From the NCBI GenBank assembly GCA_951406725.2, contig OX597830.1, positions 40,982,001 through 41,046,000 of the forward strand: DNA of 64,000 bases, in the 5' to 3' direction. Of the stretch, positions 12,681 through 24,730 are shown piece after piece (position 1 is the first letter of the stretch; every line of letters starts with the position of its first letter). The DNA comes from Octopus vulgaris (Eukaryota). The position numbers were made by a program, and so were the translations under genes. Under the pieces are notes generated by a model. The model made no database searches. It was not told the DNA's origin and worked only from the letters and a program-made list of their open reading frames with translations.

Positions 12681-15189
12681 ATAAATGTGTTGTCTGTATA
12701 TTCTGCTGTAAGATTCCTATGCTATCAAATCTTCTAAATAACATTTCAATATTTCTATTTTCAGATCTTTATTTCCATATCTTAATTGCTTTGAGAAAAA
12801 AATAAAAATAATATATAAATAATTAAAGAAAAAGTGAAAAGAAAATTTAAGATTTTATTTAATATTTTTATAAATTTCCAATTAATGTGTTTTTCTGCTA
12901 TATGTATGTGTGCAGATATCTATGTATGTATATGCTTGTATATGTATATAGATATTTATCTGTGTGTGTGTGTGTGTTTATGTATTTATATTTTATTTAT
13001 ATTTGATTATATATATATATATATATATAAAAGGTATTTGGATATATGTCTCTGTATTCATGTGTATGTGTGTGTTTATATATATGTATATATTTGTATG
13101 TTTGTGTGTGTGCATGTATGTGTATATTCATGTAATCTAAAATCATTCTGATTAAATTTATCAGATGTTGATGATGGCAACTCATTGTAAACACCTGTGT
13201 ATGGGGAAAAAAAATAATGATAAATGAAAATCAATAGAAATATCATTTCTTCATAAGATTGCTTCTCTTAATTAAAGAATATTTCACTGTGGAAACAATG
13301 TCTTTACTTTAGCTAATCCTCTTTCCTGAATCAGAAAGATCCAGAATGTTGGTACTCAAGTTCATTTTATATTTGAAGTACAAGAAAGATAAATCGGTAC
13401 CACTTTGGCATTTGGTTCACAAGGCTATTTACACTTTAGAATCCAATCTGAACCTAAAGTCTAATCATAACCATAGCCCTAAACCCTAATCCTAACCCAG
13501 ATTATGCCATTTCACAGCATATACTATGGATACTGTGAAAGACTGCATGCTAAAGTTGCACTGATAAATCTCTCCTTGAAAATATGCTAGCTTGTTGCTG
13601 GTGGCTTTCCTTGACAGGGGATTCAAATACCCCCACTGAGGTCTAAAGAAATACTTGTTAGATTTACAGTGGATTATATACCAGCCCAGCACTGACTTTG
13701 GTTTTGGTTGTTGTGTAAGAACCCTATTCAAGCTGACCTATAAAGGAAACCAGTCCAGTTGAGACTACCATTTTTTTCCCCCGTTCATTTTGGTAAACTG
13801 TGTTTCTGAGGCAGCAGGTGTGAGTTAAGGAAGAATCGGTTGCTATTTCTTGAAATTGAAGAAACCATGTTGAAGTTCAACACCTTTTGCTTTTAGGAGG
13901 TAGTCAGCTGTTTGAGAGTTATGTGTTATGGCCATAATGAAAATACAGTGCTAGTAAAAGTGTATGAGCTACCAACCTCTGTTAAGAAGTACTTTATCAA
14001 CTCAATCTGTCTGTCTTCTCTTATTAAATACAGCACCCCCCATCCCCTCACCCACCCCATATATCATGGGGTTGGGTGCTCTTTTTACTTGGCTTTCTCT
14101 ACTGTATTACTTAGCATATATGTATGTCATTCACAGTTCATTTCAGTTTGGTTTGTGATACAGTTTCTTGACATAGAACTACTATGTAAATTCTTTTAGC
14201 ATAGCCCCAGGTCCACAAGGAGGAGGTATTTGATTTCAGTGTTGCTAATTAATGAATTACTCCTTAATTATAACGCACTCTTCTCACTTTACAACAGTAA
14301 GGTTTTAAGCAACATGTAGACTCCGTTTACAGCTGGATGGACTGCACTACTGAGTGTTACATGATGTTAAGCGTTTTTAGCTATGGAAAAAAAAAGAAAA
14401 AGTTCACTGTATATTGTGTGAAGATTTAAACAGCAAAACTGTGGCTGGTCATCTGACACAACCTTGATTGACCAGCTGTGCCACTGTCATTCAGAACTAT
14501 AATATCAGATTTCAAACTTTAGTGGAGGCTATTAAAGTATTTTTTTCCCCTATTATTTTTATGAAATCAATTTGTTTTTTACAAATTACATTTTAGTAGG
14601 TTAAACAAATTCATTACTCTCTCTCTCTCTCTCTCTCTCTCGCTCTCTTTCTCTTCTCACCCTCTCTCTCTCATTTTCTCCTCTTCCCCTCTCTTTCATT
14701 TTTGTCCTCATTCTCTGTTGTTGATTTTTTTTTTTTTTTTTGCTGTCTAATTAGAGGCAAGCTGTTGATTGTAACAATCTAAAATACATCAGGGTGATTA
14801 TTGCGAGTCAACTTAGAATCACCCTCTGTAAAGCAAAAATAAAAACATAAAAAAAAAGTCCTAGATTTTATTTAAAATCTTTATATTGTACTCATGCAGT
14901 ATAGACTAGGTGACCTGACCCAAGGTGTAAAAAAATCAAAGTGCATTGACCCACACAAAGATGCAACTGATGAAGTTAAATGCAAGGCTTCCAAATACTG
15001 AACAATTGTGCCAAGTCAATAGCTTTGTGTTGTGGTTCCAACACCAAACGCTGTAGATCTGGTGGACAGCCTGCAAGACTAAAGAATCTGTCCGAGGCTA
15101 AGTAGGCAGTACACTAAGTTTGCTGAATGTTGTGCGCAAGTGAAAAATGTCACACTTTAGCCATCTTTGCTGCCAATTATTTGATGGCA

Positions 15190-15408
15190 AATGGTGGCAA
15201 GCTGACAGAATCATTAGCACACTGAGCAAAATGCTTAATGACATTTCACCTGTCTTCATGTTCTGAGTTGAAAATTCCACTGAGGTTAACTTTACCTTTC
15301 ATCCTTTCGGGGTCAATAAAATAAATATCAGTTAAACACTGGGGTCAATGTAATCGATTTACCCCTCCCCTGAACATGCTGGCCTCGTGCCAAAATTTGA
15401 AATCAATT
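15190..15408 (+). mobile_element. SINE-A
   Basis: Full head, ctttcatcctttcggggtcaataaa core, ggcctcgtgccaaaatttgaaa end. Confidence 0.88.
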
Positions 15409-15484
15409 ATTTGATGGTTTTAAGTGAGGATCTGTTCAGTTTGGCTTGCAGATTTTTTTATTTCATTTTTTAAGACTAAACAGT

Positions 15485-15946
15485 TTGACTCTTTCATTAC
15501 TGTATTTATTTTGAGATGCTCTCTGTTTCTTTCAATTACTTTAAATATAACAAAGGATTTAGTAGAATAACTTAGTTATCATTAAGCTAGTGTTAGGAGC
15601 ATAAATTGTGACTAAGGTTTGGTGGAAGATTTTAGTTCAAGACTTATGAAAACAAGTCATTTGTACTAGAGCCAGTGTTGGTTTCAGCCAGGTTGGTATT
15701 GAAACGGTTAAGAATTGTTACTCTTTTGCTACCATATTTCTGTTGAGATACTCTGTGTATCTTTCAATTAATTTTAAATGTAACAAAGGATTTAGTAGAA
15801 TAACTTAGTTATCATTAAGCTAGTGTTAGAAACATAGATTGCGACTAAGGTTTGGTGGAAGATTTTAATTCAAGACTTATGAAAACATGTCATTTGTACT
15901 ACAGAGCCAAAGCTGGTTTCAGCTGGGTTGGTAACGAAAGGGTTAA
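15485..15946 (-). mobile_element. Two tandem piggyBac-like MITE copies (15485-15711, 15718-15946)
   Basis: Each is the reverse complement of 9623-9851; the second ends gtaacgaaagggttaa. Confidence 0.9.
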
Positions 15947-16554
15947 AACTTCATATATTGGTGGAATGTCTCGTGCAGAACACGGTTTACTTTGAACATT
16001 TTTGACAAAATTTGGTATTTTAGAAGTTATTTCGTGTTAAAATCGTAAAAACTGACATGCTTAACACTATTCTGGACATGCGCCTGGTTGAGAAACCACT
16101 GTTTGCAGTGAGCTGGTCATATAAAACAACAGAGGTACAACTAACTTATACACCACCTGCTTAGAACTGCCTAAAAACTTAAAAACTTAAGCACAGTGAC
16201 GAGTGCTTGTCTAAGAAGTCACAAGGACTTGTTTGTTGATCGGCTGGGAGGAAGATGCAGAGATGGTATCAGACGACACATAAGTAAACACACACACATA
16301 CACAAGCAGACAGACATGTGTAAGTGTATGTGTGTGTGTTTTCTGTTAGATTTATGACTGTAGTGATGTTGAAAGAGGGAATGAGGGTGATGTTTGAGGA
16401 TGATACTCATACATCACTCCCTCTCAACCAAGCACTTACTTAACAAAGTAACGCATCTACTCAGACGTAATGACACAAGCAAAGGAGTTTTGTGAAAACA
16501 CATACTCTGATAAATGTACTTTTAAATGAATTTATGAATGTGCTCCATATACCC

Positions 16555-16950
16555 GCATACACACGCACACACACACACAAAAATTTGCTCGCTCTCTCTT
16601 TCACTCACACTCTCTCTCTCACTCTCTCTTTCTGACATTCTCTCTCTCTCTCTCTCTCTTAAATACACACACATGCACTCACTCATCCCCCCTCACAAAC
16701 ACACACACCCTCTCTCTCTCTCATTCTCTCTCTGTTGCAAACACACATACTCTCTCACTCATGCTCTCTCTCTCACTCTCTCTCTCTGACATTCACTCTT
16801 TCTCTTTCTCTCTCTCTCTCTCTTAAATACACACACACATGCACTCACTCATCCCCCCCTCACAAACACACACTCTCTCTCTGTTGCAAACACACATACT
16901 CTCTCACTCACGCTCACTCTCTCTCTCTCAAACACACACATACACATTTA
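16555..16950. repeat. (CT/CA) compound microsatellite with ~155-bp tandem duplication
   Basis: Landmarks ctgacattc, cttaaatacac, catcccccctcacaaac and ctgttgcaaac each occur twice in the same order. Confidence 0.9.
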
Positions 16951-17528
16951 GAATGCATTGTATCTACATGTATAACATCTATGCAAAATGTCAAGGACAC
17001 TTTCATTATTTCATCCTTCAAGCAGAATTGAACCTACGTTTCTGCTTTTGTTTATTCAATCTCATTTATTATCTTGGTAATTCATTTTAGCTTTGAATTT
17101 TCAGTTTATTTCATATCTTCCTCTTTTCTTGATTAAATTGCTATCCTTGAAAGTTATTCTCTAAGTTTGTAATTTAGAGATTTTTATTTTAATATTTTAA
17201 ATCTTTTGCATTGAGATCAACTTGAGCAGAAATTGAAATTTGAAAACAACAAATGTTTAATTTAAGCCTGATTGCTTTGGTAAATTATTTACATATTCAC
17301 TGTTTTAAAGCTGTTTGTATTCTTATTTTAAAATGATGTAATTCAAACAATATGTTATTTTCTTGATTTTCCTCCTACGTTTATTATGGCCAACTTGTGT
17401 GCAAGTATGAGAAAATGATCATTCTGACTATGATGGTAGGGAAGATTAATATTCTTGTCTTTTAGCTTTTACTTGTTTCAGCCACTTGATTGTGGCCTTG
17501 CTGGAGCACCACATTCAAGGGCTTAGGC

Positions 17529-17608
17529 CTGTGGTTCTCAACCATTTTTTTAAACCTATGGCTCCCTGTGATTCCTAGTTTACAACACTGGGCCCCCATA
17601 GCCATTTG
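17529..17608 (+). mobile_element. hAT-like MITE end
   Basis: ctgtggttctcaaccatttt...cccccatagccatt; a diverged inverted copy lies at 49071-49148. Confidence 0.6.
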
Positions 17609-17612
17609 ATGT

Positions 17613-17807
17613 TTAACCCTTTCGTTACCAACCTGGTTGAAAACAGCTCTGGCTCTAAGTACAAATGTCTTGTTACCATACGTTTTGAATTAAAATCTTC
17701 CACCAAACCTTAGTCACAATTTATGTTCCTGACACTAGCTTAATAATAACTAAGTTATTTTACTAAATTCTTTGTTATATTTAAAGTGATTGAAAGAAAC
17801 ACAGAGC
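17613..17807 (+). mobile_element. piggyBac-like MITE, truncated by SINE-C
   Basis: Starts ttaaccctttcgttacc; matches the 9623 copy up to acacagagc. Confidence 0.88.
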
Positions 17808-18061
17808 TGGTGGCATGTAAAAAGCACCATTTGAGTGTGATCGTTGCCAGTACCGCCTAACCGGCCCTCATGCCAGGGCACGTACAAAGTACCCACTACA
17901 CTTTCAGAGTGCATTAGGAAAGGCATCCAGCTGTAGAAACATTGCCAGATCAGATTGGAGCCTGGTGCAGCCTTCTGGCTTGCCAGCCCTCAGTCAAACC
18001 ATCAAACCCATGCAAGCATCGAAAGCGGACATTATATGATTATGATGATGATGATGATGAT
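17808..18061 (+). mobile_element. SINE-C with (GAT)n tail
   Basis: ggaaaggcatccagctgtagaaac core; gatgatgat tail. Confidence 0.85.
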
Positions 18062-18084
18062 ATATATATATATATACACAAAAC

Positions 18085-18467
18085 TGGCTGTGTGGTAAGA
18101 AGCTTGCTTCCCAACCATACGTTACAGGTTCAGTTCCACTGTGTGGCACCTTGGGTAAGTGTCTTCTACTATAGCCTCAGGCCAACCAAAGCCTTGTGAG
18201 TGGATTTGGTAGATGGAAACTGAAAGAAAACCATCATATATGTGTGTGTGTGTATGTGTTTGTGTGTCTGTATTTGTCTGTCCACCATCGCTTGACAACT
18301 GATGTTGGCATGTTTACATCCCCATAACTTAGCAGTTCAGCAAAAGGGACTGATAGAATAAGTACTAGGCTTACAAAGAATGAGTCCTGGGGTCAGTTTG
18401 TTCGACTAAAGGCAGTGCTCCAGCATGGTCACAGTCAAATGACTGAAATAAGTAAAAGAATAGAAAA
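18085..18467 (+). mobile_element. SINE-B, full length (tRNA-like head, CORE-like block, internal (TG)n, 3' module)
   Basis: tggctgtgtggtaag (A-box-like), ggttcagttcc (B-box-like), ccttgggtaagtgtctt, ends aagtaaaagaat. Confidence 0.88.
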
Positions 18468-19244
18468 ATATGTATGTATGTATGTATGTATGTAAGTATG
18501 TGCTTTATGGCATTTGTGCTGAGCTACAAGCAGCAACATTGTTGTCATTTTCCTTGTTAGCAAACCTTCTGCTGGTTTTGTGCCTATGAAGATGTGTGGA
18601 ATATGCAGTCCTTTACGTGAAAAATAGATTGCGGTCAGTAACAAGAAGGCTTCCTGCTGTAAAACAATACCTCCTCAATAATATAGTCATCTAACCTATG
18701 GAAAAAGCAGTGTTAAAAACAAACAACCGAATGAAAACTTTGTTTTACTAAAGTATTTGATTTGTGCCATATGTTTAGTAATAAAACAGCATTGATTCCG
18801 TTTTAAGCCATTATTTAGCTGTTAGGACCTGTTCGGTAGATCACATGCTATTATTTTCATCTTTTATTTCTTTGCTCAGCTTTGAGGGACAAACAAATAG
18901 TGAAAAGTGCCAGCTGTTTCAACTGACCTAAATTTTAGAATCAATTTATATATTAAGATTTAATTTATAAATTAATATACAGAAAGCTTATAGGAAAGAA
19001 TATTTCATCTCTCAGAAGTATTTCTTAGTTAAAGATTTAGGTTTTAATGAGATTTGAGATTCTGTATTTTCAAATAACAAATTCATTTAATATTTGAATT
19101 AATGTTTTGAACGTTGGATCATCATATCAACTCTTACATTTAATATTTAATCTATTTCTGAATATTGTTTTGATTGTAGTGCAAAATGTAAAAACCTGGT
19201 ATCTCGTGAGTATTTGAGATAGCAGTACCACTTGTATGAACATA

Positions 19245-19448
19245 TTCTTTTCTACACTAGGCACAAAATCCGAAATTTTTTGGGAGGGGCCCAGTCAATT
19301 AGATCGACCCCAGTATGCAACTGGTACTTGATTTATCAACCCTGAAAGGATGAAAGGCAAAGTCGATCTTGGCAGAATTTGAACTCAGAACATAAAGACA
19401 GAGGAAATACCGCTAAGCATTTCACCCAGTGTGCTAATAATTCTGCCT
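19245..19448 (-). mobile_element. SINE-A
   Basis: Reverse complement of the 48743 copy. Confidence 0.88.
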
Positions 19449-19499
19449 TGTACGAACATATTGACTGTTATAGGGATATCCTGCTTTCAAGGTACTTCT

Positions 19500-19945
19500 A
19501 GAAAACCTCTCTACATGGTCTCTGGACTTGTCCAAATTTCCCTTAAATTACATTTTACTATCCTAAAAATGTAAGGACCCATTGGATAACTAAACCTAGA
19601 TGTACTTAATCCTGGAAAAGAAGTTAAAAAACAAGAGGTTGGTCATGGCTGGAACATTTTTGATTATGCGGCTCCTCAGTCAGAAGTGACCCAGACATCA
19701 ATAATGTCTTCTTCAAAAACAATTACTTAATTGGGCCAATGAAGGAGCCTTTGTATGGGGTATCAATCTGCTTAAAATAGCAAACAAATATCCCATAAGA
19801 TAGTACTTCTTTGAAAAAGAGGTCAAACCCACTGTATGATGTAGTCTTAGGTATGCAATGCCAGGGTGACAGACAAGGTGGTCATAACTGGAAAGCTTTT
19901 GACCACAGATCTATTTAGTTAGAGTTGATCTGGGCTAAACAGCTT
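19500..19945 (+). repeat. Two tandem copies of an old dispersed repeat family
   Basis: Motif order aaatagc..aaat.tccc / atgtagtc.tag / ggtcatggctggaa...tttga.cata / ggctaaaca recurs about 15 times. Confidence 0.6.
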
Positions 19946-21229
19946 TAAGTAAACATTCTTTATTTTTCTGTTTAACATCAACCAGAAAAGAAAGCAGTTT
20001 ATACTAGTCTTTTACAATAAAACCACAAAACCTAGTTATAAGCATGAATTCATTTTGGTTCTTTGTTAAGTTTTTTTCTGAAAATATTATGATAAAGATG
20101 AGTACGAGTCATTTGAGTGTTATAAAACAGCACAGCTAACTATTTATTTTTTATGGACTTTATTTACTTGTTTTATTTTGTACAAAATTGGAAAGCTGTC
20201 AAATGTAGTTTTCTTCTTTATAGAATTAGATGAAAATTCAGAATATATTTCTTGATAATGGAATTTTATTTATTTAAAAAAAAATTACAACATTTTGTCA
20301 TAATCTCTGATTAACTTCATTTAATTTGGTAATATATAAAGATATGCTAGTCTCATTGTCTTTGAATGGTTTGAGTTTCTGTTTTGAATTGCTGGATTTA
20401 AAGAACTGTAATACTTTGTAATGAAACTAAAGCAGTTTCACAAGTAATTTAACTCTGTAAAACTATTTCATTTATGTTTAGAGAAGAACTTAATGTGTAC
20501 ATGTGTTAAGAAAAGCCTTGAGCATTGTCATTTTTGCACAAAATAGAAAGCTGTCTGATTGAAGTGTTGAAGGTTTTATAAAGTTTAGCATTTTTACTGC
20601 TTCACCAAGTGCTGTTCTTAGATAATATACGTTTACTTAGAAATTTTTGTTTATAAAGAATGTGATTGCTTGTCTTGTAATGTTGCAAGATTTACAATTT
20701 TAGGTTAAAGCTGTTTCTGTCTTTGCAGTTCTTACATCAGTGTAATGTACAGAATGAAAAACTCTCATCACAAAACTGTCTATGCAATTGAACAATTCTT
20801 CAACAATAATGAACTCTGGAATTTTTTTCTTTTCTTTTTTTTTTTTGGCTTCAAATCAACTTTCTTAGCAGTATAAAAATTGCACCATCATAGAATTTTA
20901 GTGATATGTCATTGTTAATAGAGATTGCTGATTCACAAACTCTTTAGAAAAAAACCAAAAAAAAAAACCCCCAACCAATCGCAACATTGGGTTTATCTGA
21001 AATGTCTGCATCTATTTGCCTTTCTTTATTACTAAGTTGAATTCCATGTTTGGAATAACTTTTTGGATTGCATCAATAATTTTTTTCATCTGTGGATAAT
21101 TTTATAAAGATGTTTACAGTTGAGGTCAACTTTATTGCTTGTTCTTTGGTGGTGCAGGTGGGGGTCGATAAATAAAGTACCAGTCAATTACTACAGTTGA
21201 TACTTTCTCTCTATCTCTATCTCTCTCGC

Positions 21230-21267
<38 letters not shown>

Positions 21268-22253
21268 GAAGAGATAAGATGTGATCAGATTTGAAGGAGT
21301 CTTTGTAAGGGCTTTCAATTTGCTAAAAATAGCACCCAAATATCCCTCAAGATTTCCATTTTTTCAAAGAGGTACTGACTCATTTGTATAATGTAGTCTT
21401 AGGTATGCGATGTAGGGGCAACAGATAAGGTGGTCATAACTGGAACACCCTTAGTCATAGATCAGATTTGAAGAGGGATTAATGCTGTTCAAATGTATCT
21501 TCGCTAGAGTTGTTGAAAATTATATTTTTAGGGAAAGAAATTGGGTGTGTACCATGAACCATGTCTTCAACCTGAATTTATATTTGTGATGTAATACCCA
21601 AGTCACAGCTACTCTTCTCTTATAAAATCCAGCCAATGAACCAGCCTCTTCTGGGTTGCTTGACCTGCTAGAAATTAGCAACCACATCTCCCTCAAGAAA
21701 GAAGGTCACATTGGACAGGTTGGAATACCTTTGACAATAGGTCTGCCTGCTCAGTCAGTGCTGTCATACAACTGGCAACAATACTGATAACAAGTATCTA
21801 AGCTTGCCAAATGACCAAAACTAACCAGCTAACCCTCAATTAATACTTTCATTTGAGCTCTCTTAGCTATATAGAAGCAGAAGCTCACATCATTTTAGGT
21901 GTGTGTGTAAACTTATGCACATATAACATGTTGAGAAATGCAGTGCTGTTTGCTGGGGTTTTTTTTTTCAAAATTTATACAAACTTTTTGAAAATTATTA
22001 TTTTTTCTGGAGAAAGTTAATGTTTTTCTCTCGCATATTTTTAAAAGCAAATTTACAAGAAAATGTAAACAAAAATGGTTTTTTTTTTTTTTACAATTGA
22101 AATTTGTGAATGTTTGCTTGCAGCTAGCTGGCAAACCAGCGATGTAATATGCAATAAATGCAATCTGACTTTAACAGATTTTGCTGTAAAATACATTACC
22201 AAATGCAGATTCTGAAAAGCAGCAGTTCTACAAAACTTTATGCATTGTGTGTG

Positions 22254-22840
22254 TGTGTGGTAAGAAGTTTGCTTCCCAACAACATGGTTTCAGGTTCAGT
22301 CCCACTGTGTGGCACTTTGGACAAGTGTCTTTTACTCTAAGCCCCACGCCAACCATAGCCTTGAGAATGGATTTGGTAGATGGGAGCTAAAGGAAGCCTA
22401 TTGTACATGGGTAAAGGGTAAAGACCCCTTTCGGTCATGAATGACCATGCGATTGCACCTAGAAAGTTCCCCTTTGAGGCACAAATCCAGGCAAAGTTGT
22501 TTGTGGAAGACCAACAGTTGTCCATGCATACCAACCTCTCCTCTGCATGCCACTGATAAAACCACCTCCCTTTCTACTGTAGTCTCACTCAGCCAAAGGG
22601 GATCTTAGTCTTGCAAGCTGCATGGCAACATCATTGGTGCCGGTGCCATGAAAGAAAAAGGCACCCAATACACTCTGTAAATTGGTTGGCGTTAGAAAGG
22701 ACATTCAGTCATAGAAACCATGCCAAAGCAAACATTAGGACACAATGCAATCGTTGGAACTGTTGGATTGTCTCAAACTATCCATCTCATGCCAACATTG
22801 AACATGGACATTAAATTATTATTATGACGATGATGATGCT
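22254..22840 (+). mobile_element. Cluster: SINE-B head, an unrelated repeat fragment (about 22410-22555), SINE-C
   Basis: SINE-B head 22254-22405; SINE-C core ggttggcgttagaaagg at about 22685 and gatgat tail at about 22835. Confidence 0.7.
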
Positions 22841-22985
22841 TGGTGTGTGTGTGTAGGGGTGAATGCGTATGAATGTTGAAATTTTCCTGAAAGTTTAGAT
22901 GTAATAAACAAATCTATCCATTCTTCTCCACATATTAACTTGTATATCAGACAATGTTTTTATTACGTAAAGTATATTTCAGTAC

Positions 22986-23138
22986 AGTGGCTGTGTGGTA
23001 AGAAGCTTGCTTCCCAACCACATGGTTCTGGGTTCAGTCCCACTGCATGGCACCTTGAGCAAGTGTCTCTTACTATAGCCTCTGGCCGACCAAAGCCTTG
23101 TGAGTAAATTTGGTAGAGAGAAACTAAAAGAAGTCCGT

Positions 23139-23199
<61 letters not shown>

Positions 23200-23416
23200 A
23201 TTAGTGTGTCTGTGTTTGTCCACCACCCACCATCACTTGACAAGCGATGTTGGCGTGTTTACATCACCATAACTTAGTAGTTTGGCAAAAGAGACCAACA
23301 GAATAAGAACTAAGCTTACAAAAAATAAGTCCTGGGCTCTATTTGTTCGACTAAAGGCAGTGCTCCAGCATGGCCACAATCAAATGACTGAAACAAGTAA
23401 ATGGATAAAAGAATAT
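22986..23416 (+). mobile_element. SINE-B, full length with internal (TA)n
   Basis: Colinear with the 18085 copy. Confidence 0.9.
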
Positions 23417-24140
23417 ATTTCACAACTCTTGCATTCTGGTATGAGAATCAGTCTGAATTTTTCTAATTTAAATATACTCTTGACACCAGAGTAAGAATAT
23501 ATTTAAGGTTCCATGAATCTTCAGAAAAATTCAGATCTTTCTCAAATAGCAATGATACTACCTTGCAGATTGTTCACTAAACAGAGTCACAGCTCTATTT
23601 AGAGTTTCCACTGTATCGTTTTCTCTGAAAGCGCATCAAGAAATGCATCTTGAAGCAGGAATCTATGAAAGTGCTCAAAAAGTAATGTTTAGAGCCTTAG
23701 TGCTGAAGACCGAATTTCTATGAAGTTTCACAGAAATATGATGTCTTGTAATTTTATTATTGCAAGTATATTTAACCCAGAAACATTTAGGTTGACCTTT
23801 ATTTAATTCTGGCTGACAACAGATTACAGCTTATGGCTCTGTTTTCATTGTCAGCTGGTTTGCAAAATCATAATGTGTCCCAGTAAGATAATGTATATAT
23901 AAAAGTATATATCACTGTATTGACCAGGCTGTCAGATGTTGTTATACATTGCTGGTCGCTATGTGCTTCCATTTCTTTCTTGATTGCACCATTCTTTAAC
24001 ATATTGTCCTAAATCGCTTAACTAAATCATCTTTTCATTGCTATCTAAAGGAGGGTAAAATGCCCTTCCTTAGGTAAGTGTCAAGTACCATCTTGCTTCA
24101 TAAGGAGGGTGATAAATGTTTTTAAAAAAACTATCACCTC

Positions 24141-24206
24141 ATGTATATGTGTGTGTGTGTTTATGTATGTATATGTGTATATATGTATATGTGTATATAT
24201 ATATGT

Positions 24207-24238
<32 letters not shown>

Positions 24239-24505
24239 GTGTGTGTATATATATGTATATGTGTATATATATATATGTATATGTGTATATATATCTATGT
24301 ATATGTGTGTGTGTATATATATATATGTGTGTGTGTATATATATATATATGTGTATATATATGTATATATATATCATCATCATTTAGCGTGTGTATATAT
24401 ATATGTGTGTATATATATATGTGTGTATATATATATCTGTATATATATATATGTGTGTATATATATATATGTATATATATATGTGTATATGTATGTATGT
24501 ATATA

Positions 24506-24555
<50 letters not shown>

Positions 24556-24566
24556 CACATATATAC
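24141..24566. repeat. Complex (TA/TG) microsatellite
   Basis: Directly visible. Confidence 0.97.
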
Positions 24567-24730
24567 GACGGGCTTCTTTCAGTTTCTGGTTACCAAATCC
24601 ATTCACAAGGCTTTGGTTGGCCCGAGGCCGTAGCAGAAGACACATGCCTAAGGTGCTACGCAGTGGGAATGAACCCGGAATCATGTGGTTGGTAAGGAAG
24701 CTACTTACCAGACAGCCACTCCTGCACCTA
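24566..24730 (-). mobile_element. SINE-B head, CpG-rich
   Basis: Reverse complement of 22986-23140. Confidence 0.88.

Noticed and set aside
23557-23723. Short open frames on both strands with possible splice sites
   Set aside because: Mutually incompatible readings, weak donors and no recognisable product.
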